A stretch of DNA of 64,000 bases from Balanoglossus misakiensis. Taxonomy: Eukaryota; Animalia; Hemichordata. Below, in pieces: positions 55,601 through 64,000 of this stretch (positions within the stretch are counted from its first letter, which is position 1; each line of letters begins with the position of its first letter). The translations under genes and the position numbers were made by a program. The stretch is taken from positions 6,683,677 to 6,747,676 of the forward strand of contig CM082592.2 of NCBI GenBank assembly GCA_040954595.2, in the 5' to 3' direction. The notes under the pieces were generated by a model. The model did no database searches. It worked only from the letters and a program-made list of their open reading frames with translations, and was not told where the DNA came from.

Positions 55601-58588
55601 GTTGATGAAGAAATATGCCCGCATAATTTCATCCCATCATATGCTGTAAACAATGCCAGGGATAACAGTCAGTATGGTAAACTTGAAATGGGAGGACAAC
55701 ACATGGTGACCAAACTGATATTGAATGCAACCCAAACCAATGATAGGGTACTGAACACAAAACATATACATGTAGTTGACGAAGTCAGTTACTGGGGTCA
55801 GACTCTCCAAGAGATAACTAAACTTAGCTTTAGCTTAATATCTTTTGAAAGTCATTTTACCGACTTGCACATAATTAAGTCCATAGCAGTTGCACTGAAA
55901 ACAGGATGGGATTTGAATACCTTGATATTGTCAGCAGCTCGATGGAAAGTGAATCCAAACTCGGATATGTGTGTGAAGGATTTCGAAAGGGAATGGACAC
56001 AGGCTATCACAGATTTATTTCAAAGTGTTGATCATAACAAACATGTGAGGATGTTTGAGTGGTATGCACAGCTTTCTGAATACAAAATTTCACAACCACT
56101 CGATCAGCTCACAGAAAGTGGTCCAGAGCATGTGTCTGTAACGATAATAAAGTACCAAAACATGTGTGGTCAAATTCCCAATTCTGTGGTTAAAGAACTA
56201 GTGGATTCATTATGTTCGTTTGTCCGAAACTGCATGCAAACAAGGAAATTTAGGTTATCTTTAAAATACGACCCTGAAGGCTACATTGAAAAGCAAATCA
56301 TGCAAATGTCTGCCTTGAACTCTCTCAGCCCGGTGTTAACATCCATTTGTCTCTTGGGGTTTGGTGGTGACACAAATCTCACAGAATTGTTGAACAAAAA
56401 TCACAATGTCACTGACTTTGAATGTAGACTTCACCTGGATCACTTAAAAAACCGCAGCATTGCTAGGAATGTCAATTATGTAGAATCCATGACTATTGAA
56501 ATCTCCCATGAAATGTACCCATACAAGAAATGTCATGATCTGATTTGGCTGATAATTGGGGAATTACGAGAGGTACCCGTACATGTATCAAGTAGCTTGA
56601 AACATCTCATAATAAAGATCACCTATCCTTTCTATGATACCGAGGACATGATATCTGATCTCACACATCTTCTTACTGATTATAAAAATATCAGCCTTCA
56701 TTCCTTTACATTACTTATCTTATCATTTATCATAGACAGAGAAGAAATTATGTCTATTATATCAACATGGCCAGAGTCAAAGTATTTTATCACTGAAGAA
56801 CTATCAGTACTTCACTACAATTTTAGTAATATTTCCACACCAATAACACATCAATATGGGTTACACATTACTATGGACTGTCTGAAGTACAAAAATGAAC
56901 TTAGTTCACTGCAAGTGTCAGAGACTCGTGTTAAATCAGGAACTCAAATCAATTCCAGAACATGGTGAATGTTGTCCCATCTGTGGCTGCCGGTATTGGT
57001 CCCATGCAACATAGTTGTTGGCAAGTCAAAGTAGGCACATGTAACTGTTACATCAAGACAGACGAGAAAACAGCTAGGCACAGCCTAAAGTATTTACATG
57101 TAAACATTGGCATTTTTATGAGTTTACAAACTTTATAATTAATCACATGCTGAGTTCAACTCGGTGTTTTGACTGCAAATTGAGAACTTCTATGAATGCA
57201 GGAGTAGTTTCTATACCTGGTATGAAGATGGGGTTTCAGTATTTCTTGAATGGGTTCGGGAAACCTTCTCCACAGTCTACGCCCAGAACTGCCAAAAAAA
57301 AAAAAACTAATCAATTTAGCGGAGGCAGAATTTTGAAATAACAGAAAATACTTTAAACATTTACAGAAGATGGTAGCAGTTGGTTTCTGGTGTATCTTCT
57401 CATATTTACAACACACATGTATATTATGTGTACTGCCATAAAAGGTGCACAGTGTGCAAATTTAGCCACAGTAACCATGACAATTAGCTGAGATCTAGCC
57501 AGTGACGTATTTTCACAGGGTGGACACAAGAAAAAAGTGCACCACCACATGATCAAAGACTTACACACCTTTTTAACAATACCCCCGTTATATGGGAACA
57601 TTGGGTACATATAAATCAGAGACTATTGTATAACTTTGACAGATGTAAATAATCTAAGATTGTAATTTTCTACACTATAAACAGGCATTAGACTTTAATA
57701 TACTGGCCTTTATAGACAGGTCAATTATTTATTAATGCATATGTAAATTGCACAGAGACTAAGAAAGTTTCCACTTATAGAGGTGGCTATTACCACATGT
57801 TTGACTGTAATGTACATATTTTGACCATACCAAGAAAAGAAAATATTTTCAGTTGTAACAGCATTTGAGATAAATGTATTTTGTCTTGTGTTTTCGTGTA
57901 TTTCTGTTGTTTATCCTGTATTTCAATATCAAGTTTCAGACTCACACCAATTTAAGATATGGAAAATTCTACAACCGTGTTATACATGTATACCACCACA
58001 TACAGTATTACTGGTGCCTGTACATGTTATTCACTGCTTAAAGTATTTTATCGATACTCATAGTGAAACAATTATTTTTTATATTGCCTGTTTTGAGGAG
58101 AGGCTGAAAGATGATCTGGTCTAAAATATGTTTGAAATAAAAATGCTTAATTCCCAAGCTTCCTGACTGGTGCAACTGACTTTTTTTTTATAAAATTCAA
58201 TCATACATTTTAGAAGGAAAGTAAGAAAGGTAGGAAAATATAGAATCTATCTTACCTGTCTCGCTTGCTCTCCTGGCAGTCATATAAGCCTAGTATTTCC
58301 TGAATGGCATATGCCGAACAATCTTGCACTCTGGGATCAGCAGCAGCCAAGAAGGCTCTGGCCAATTCCGTAATCAGATCATAGGCAAAATTAATGTCTT
58401 CCACTGTGGCCTGTGAAATAGACAGAATGTATAACTTTGCATTTGGATGTCAAGGCATTATTGCTGGTAATTTTATATGATCTTTACTGAATTATCATCA
58501 TTGTCATCATCATCATCATCATCGTCATCATTATCGTCGTCATCATCATCATCATCATCATTATATCATCATCATCATCATCATCGCT

Positions 58589-58643
<55 letters not shown>

Positions 58644-61600
58644 CCATCACCGTCATCATCATCATCATCATCATCATCATCACCGTCATCATCATCATCA
58701 TCATCATCATCATCACCGTTATCATCAAATGTCAATCTTCATCATACCTGAAACTTGTTTATGTCATCATTCTTGCTGGTCGTGGTGAAATCCAGTCTGT
58801 CCGGATCAATGGCTCCCAACTCCCCCAAACATTCACCGAACATGTTCCTAGCAACGGGGTCAGGTTCACGACACCCACCCAGCAACTGAAATAAAAAAAA
58901 ATAAAAAATAAAACAGTGAAGATCAACATGTATCATCACTGATATAAATCCATATACATGTATTGAAAGTGGAAACTCTCAACAAAGGAAAATATTTTTT
59001 TTTTGGTAAATGTCCTATATTGAATGAATGGTCGTGTCACAGTCAACCTACCACAGACGCCAGCTGAGAAATGACGGGATGTACGTTCTCATTGCCAAGG
59101 ATCAGCTCATGCAAGGCAGCCTACGGATAAGACAACATGACCATCTCCATGGTAAATTAAGCAGGTAAAAATGTTAGAATACAGAATATCACCACTATAG
59201 TTACAGTAAATATTAACTGAATGACTCAAATGAAATATACACAAATATTAGAAATTCTTCAATCATTATTCAAACATAATTGTCAAAAATGCCGGACCCT
59301 ATCAAGTTATAAAACCTGTAACGTATGCAGAAGTGTGATTGATTACAACATGGATATGGGGAAAATGGCAAGAAAGAGTTGTTTCAGTAAGATCTTTGCA
59401 TCCCCAAGTGGTTAGCACTATAAGGTACATGTCTGACAATGCCACTTAAAAAAGTTGCACCAAATTACAATGGTAAAACCGACAGAGAAACGAGAAAAAA
59501 CAACAACTAAGTCCCACCTGACTGTTGTGCAACAGATGTTTGAGTTTCTCCAATGCATAGATCCTCACATCCACACTCTCATGACTGACATGCTGAATGG
59601 TTCTCTTCAGGTGAGTGCAAAGGTCACTAGACGCCGAGTCCTCCTTGTATTCCTGCAGCACCGCGTTGACATCCGACAGCTCCGGAATGTCCGGGATGAA
59701 GTAAATCTCATGGAAGTGTTCCTGCAGGGCGTCCCTGGTGAAATGCGGAAGAGTGCAGGATGGAAGCAATTTATACATTTGTCACTTTGGGTTTTTCTTG
59801 ACAGGAGTAGCATGCTAGCGAGGTATGCTTATCCAATCAGTCTATTTCCTTTGTATGATGATTGACTTACCTGCTTTCTACAATCAGATAATGATAGATG
59901 GCAGCAATGGTCTCTGGCAGTTGATTTAGCAGAGGCAGAAGGGTCACAATGATCTGACTCAGCATGGGTCCAAGTGAAGACAGCTCAACGCTAATGGAGA
60001 AAAAGATATTACAAGAAATTTGTGTTGTGAATAAAACAATTCAGTGTCTTCAACTCTCTTCAGCACTAAAATTTTAAAGATTGATACAATTACCCACAAA
60101 AACTTCACATGACTATTCAAGTATCTTTCAAGATGTCAAAAATTCCAGGACTCGGCGAAATTTTTCAGAGGCATATGAATCCTGTTTTTTTTCATGGTCC
60201 TCTCTTTTGTGAGCTCTGGTGTTTTACAAAAATATATGGAACTGCGAAAGAATGAACAAATGAATGAATGAATGAACGAATAAACTAACGAACCAACGAA
60301 CACATGAACTAAAAGAAAATATACATTCATTCACTTTTCACAGACCTATGAACCAGACAATCCCAGGCACTGCAGTTGAGTTCCGAGAATTCTTGGTCCT
60401 TGTATCTCAATCCAATCTTCAGGGTCGTCATGACCTTGACTCTGACGGCAGTGATGTGTCTCGGGCCCATCAGTTTCATCACAGACACCAAACTCTTTAG
60501 GGCCTGAAATTGCAGTAGACAGAAGTTTGCATTTAGATTGTACAGGTAGTCCCCAGCGCAACAGGCTGCCGGTCGATACCACAAAATTTCATGCAGATCC
60601 AACACACTTACAAGTTTCTTTTCATCAATACCGATACTAGACGTCTGCAGCTGGTTGTCAAAGAACGCCAGTATCCCCAGCAGTCTGGGCTGCAGGAAAT
60701 CCGACATCTCCTCCGGTGTGGTGATATTTCTGGGTCCCTTCTCGTCCTTCGAGGCCAGCATGGCCAGTCCGTTGAAGACTTTCTGGTAGTTGTCGCTGAT
60801 GTACAGCAGCAGTTCATTGTGCAGGTTCTGGTAGTCACTGCGCAGCAGGCTCCCTAACTCAATCTCTGTTTGTGACTGAGCAGACAAAATATTACAGCAA
60901 TTTAAACAAATTCCAACACATTTAGCTTTTTTCAATATCAACACCTACACCTACACAAGAAGGTAGTTTATTGTATTGGGAAAAAAAAATAGGAAAAAAC
61001 AATTATGAAGCTAGACTATTCCATGTGAAATAGCATAATTTGAATACAAGCTTGCAAGAAACATAGATTATTACCTGTACATAAGTAAGTGCCTTGAATA
61101 AGTCCTCCTTGTTGCAAGATCTCACCAGGTATGAGAAAATAAATCGAAAATTTTCCACTAACATGTGTCTGAAATCCTGAAAAAGGGATACACAGAAATC
61201 AGGTCAACTGGTAACCTGCAAAAACTTAGTAAATTTGAGCATAGACCAGAAGGCTGCTTGAGAATAAATTTATATGTAGAGGTGAAAAACAAAATACTTA
61301 CTGTGTCTAAGGTTTTGGCGATTAACTTCAGAATGACTGAACCAGATGGAGTAGCCTTGCTGACCAGATATGGCAGTGTGAATTTCAAGGTGCTCTGAAA
61401 GATGTAACAGGTAGAATGAATATAAAAGTATGTCAAGACAAATTCTGATTGGCTCTTAGAATTTGAATTAATGGAAAACAGCCAATCAGGTGTTGTCTTC
61501 TGAAATGTAAAGTTGCTTGTGCACTGAAGAAGATGCTGATTGGTTCTCAAAAATGAAACTAGTTGCAAACAACCAATCAGGTATTGTCTTCTGGAGAGAA

Positions 61601-64000
61601 AACAAATCATGCTGGAGACCAATCTTCACTTCATCTGGATTACAGAATCTGCACACAAATGTTTGATTGAAAAATATACATGTTTGCAAGTTTTTGGGGA
61701 GTTACTTACAGACAGGAATGTGACTTTGTTCTTGAACTCAAAGACTTTACTGACATCCACGATGACTGACATGACGTCCTTGTTGGCAGACGATGCCGAG
61801 TCGTGCAGCTTGTCCACAACAAACTCACAGATCTTTCGTTTGTAGAGGTTGAACAGAACTGGCAACTTCATCCGCTTGCAGTGAGCCACAGCCTGGAGCT
61901 GAAGACAGATGAAAGAAAATCTCGGTAGTGACATCTTGCGATGTGAGAATATTGCACAATTTGATTCTTGAACAGGCCCATTAATTGGCAACTTTATCTG
62001 GTGTTCATTACATGCAGGGGATATCTCTTTTTAAAATTAAAACCTTTTAAAATTATTATATTATTAAAACTTATTACCTCAGTATAAGCGGCTGCGGTGA
62101 CGATCCTGGGTTGATAAATCATGCTATCCAACACGCAAATGATGACAACCAGTAATAACTCACCCTGTGCAACTCTGCAGCAAAGAAGATTTGAAAATGT
62201 CAATTCTGACAAGGACTGTACAGATTACTTTGCCTAGCAAGATCAAGCCCCAACAAACCATACTGAACCAACAGTCACTGACATTACCGTGCTCTCATAT
62301 CCAAACGCACCCCCATTTCCCTGTCCACAGGTCCAACTTCACCATAGAAAACAATAGGATTAGTCCAAACCATTGTGGTGAAAGGGTATAAACTCTCCAA
62401 TTGAACACTGCCCCTTCCCTACTCACCTGCCTAACTGTCCGATGGTCAGCACGACCGTCTCCTGCAACCTCACGCTTCCCTGCGCCTTGGCAGAGACAAA
62501 CGCACTCTTCAGTCTTGTCACGAGAGCCATGACCGCTTTGTTAGTGGTGCTCCCGTCAGAACTGCTAATCATCAGTGGAACAACTTTGCTGTAAAAAAGC
62601 AAAAAAATTAAGGTAGTACAAGTCTTAAACTTTTCTCATATTCTGCTCATAGCAACTTAAGAATATTCTCATTTAAAGTTGATAATAAAAATTTGGGGTC
62701 ACCATGCAAAACTCAAATTTTGAAATAGCAAGGAAATTTGATTGTTGACGCAGACCACACAAAAACCTCCCTACCTAAATGCTAGTCTGACTTGGTAACT
62801 GGGATCCACACAGAGTTCAAGGCACGTATTGACGATGGTCATGATGGCAGAGTTGTTGGAGGACAGACCAAGGTATGGAAACACAGAGTGGAGACTCTTG
62901 ATGAAGGCTGCAAATCAAATTCACAAAGAAACAACATTTTAAACTTAAAGGCCTATGTGTGTTGACGTGGGCATTTATAACAATACACATTTAGCATGGA
63001 GCTGTTTATTAGGAAACAAAATGATAGCAAAATGACAGCTGTGCCCCTTTAATAATCCAGTTGCAGCTTAAAACAGAGAATGCCTTGGCAACACAGTCAC
63101 TGCCATGGTGGTGGATGAGATAACAGCGCTGACAACTGACTTCTCTCCTTACCAAGTTTGATGGCGACACTGTCCTTGGAAATCAGCTTCAAGAATGGCA
63201 CCAGGAGGAGAGGTTCGGGTATAGTGTGTTGGCTCCGTGCGTCATCTCCGCTACTGGGTGGCTGCGTGGCTTTGATATTCATATTCCGGTGCAGAGGGAC
63301 ATTCAGATTTGGCGGGTCCGTGCTGAAACAAATATCCCAGAAGTTAAGTTTGTGAAGTGGTACGTTGGATATAAGAATTGTACATGAATTGTTTCTTGTT
63401 GAGAAAGACAAAAAAATGCTGGCACTCTCATCACCCCAAAAAGAATGGAACCTTCCAATGAGATCCTACAAGAACATGTGGATGGGTCATACCATAGAGA
63501 ACCAAGGGTACAGAGCTTGGAGTTTTGTGTCACCTTACCTGACCAGACAGGCAGTCTTGGAAAGTACAGCACCCAGAGAACCAACGACCTTGGCAGTTTC
63601 TTCCAGTATGTCCAAATTTGCATCTTTGAGAATATCGCTGTGGATGAAAATGTGATGAGATTTATAATCAAGCCATCAATAAGAAGGGTGGACATTCTTG
63701 TTTTCAAACAGCGGCTAATCAACAAAATATCAGCTTGAAAGGTTGAAGACAACTTCTGGCCAATCAGCATACATTTTACAATTAATGCAAAGCAACAACC
63801 TATCAGTATGTTGCATTTAGTCAGGGTCATTTCCTGCCAACCAGGACACAAGACTTGATCAATCCTAGCAGAGTTCAAGTTCACTTACTGTAAAGAGTCG
63901 TGCACCAGGTGTTGAGAATTGGGTCCCAGCATCAACAGAAGTACAGGAAATCCACGGACTGCAGCAACTCTTATGTCATCCTGACTACTTCCCTAATAAT
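40685..64000 (-). CDS. ATR: Serine/threonine-protein kinase ATR (PIKK); HEAT-FAT-kinase-FATC, 5' end outside window
   Basis: [37 protein letters not shown] (TAG 40687-40685); kinase [35 protein letters not shown]; [47 protein letters not shown]; [15 protein letters not shown]; [14 protein letters not shown]. Confidence 0.98.
41648..41734 (+). mobile_element. MITE-like family A, copy 3, flanked by duplicated CTAA
   Basis: CTAA|CCCTT...CCACCGTGGTTCAGTCCAAACCC...CTATGGTAATGTTGGACCTCT...AAGGGG|CTAA. Confidence 0.65.
50958..51136. mobile_element. Tc1/mariner-superfamily-like MITE (179 bp)
   Basis: Perfect 15-bp TIR CAGTCAAACCTGTGT / ACACAGGTTTGACTG flanked by TA on both sides, with internal TATAGA(CA)GGTGGTC repeats. 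Confidence 0.85.
51258..51353. mobile_element. Palindromic MITE-like family B copy
   Basis: Perfect 19-bp inverted repeat GAAAATCAGATGTAGGGTA (51258-51276) / TACCCTACATCTGATTTTC (51326-51344) around an imperfect palindrome centred on TGCGCA (51298-51303). Confidence 0.7.
52414..56968 (+). CDS. NLR-like protein: acylation motif + death effector domain + NACHT + divergent C-terminus; nested antisense in an ATR intron; predicted 1063 aa
   Basis: Exons 52414-52434, 52606-52729, 53163-53384, 54144-56968 total 3192 nt, all GT-AG and phase-compatible. [36 protein letters not shown]; Walker A GSPAMGKS; Walker [10 protein letters not shown]; TTRP; IKGF; NPLHVAFVC; [12 protein letters not shown]. Confidence 0.9.
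57702..57807. mobile_element. Degenerate partial copy of the 50958-51136 MITE
   Basis: ACTGG.CTTTATAGACAGGTCAATT..ATGCA.ATGTAA.TTGCACAG..TATAGAGGTGG..GTTTGACTG|TA, same orientation. Confidence 0.75.
58494..58746. repeat. Imperfect (CAT)n microsatellite, ~250 bp, in an ATR intron
   Basis: Run of ATC/CAT with CAC, CGT and TAT interruptions, between ATR exons bounded at ~58411 and ~58748. Confidence 0.97.
62305..62391 (-). mobile_element. MITE-like family A, copy 4 (reverse orientation)
   Basis: Plus strand CCCCATTTCCC..AGGTCCAACTTCACCATAGAAAACAAT..CCAAACCAT.GTGGTGAAAGGGTATAA is the reverse complement of the family core. Confidence 0.6.

Noticed and set aside
50958-57807. Composite transposon carrying the NLR between two copies of the same MITE
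   Set aside because: The second copy lies in the next ATR intron, so a native ATR exon (57217-57288) is inside the bracket. The copies are diverged and look like independent insertions.
58477-58788. Poly-His/poly-Ser and poly-Asp/poly-Met ORFs
   Set aside because: Translations of an intronic (CAT)n microsatellite. The ATR frame stops immediately after the donor (CAG|GTA TGA).

Overview
Intron-rich eukaryotic (invertebrate-like metazoan) genomic DNA, not prokaryotic. 1-~10975 is an AT-rich 88-bp tandem satellite (~125 copies) with two higher-order duplications (2024 bp = 23 monomers; 1672 bp = 19 monomers). A gene-dense block follows: a receptor guanylyl cyclase (+, 5' exons not found in window, one GC-AG intron), mitofusin (-) head-to-head with CENP-S (+), a stand-alone 82-aa C4HC3 RING ORF (-) divergent from MRM1 (+) across a promoter with three NF-kB-like sites, POLR2J/RPB11 (-), and the 3' part of ATR (-, runs off the window). 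The most notable observation is a complete NLR-type gene nested antisense in a 7.55-kb ATR intron. It splices to a predicted 1063-aa protein: MGQCCSK acylation motif, DED, NACHT, and a divergent C-terminus. Several MITE-like families and microsatellites lie in introns. All exon models were read by eye and no database searches were run.
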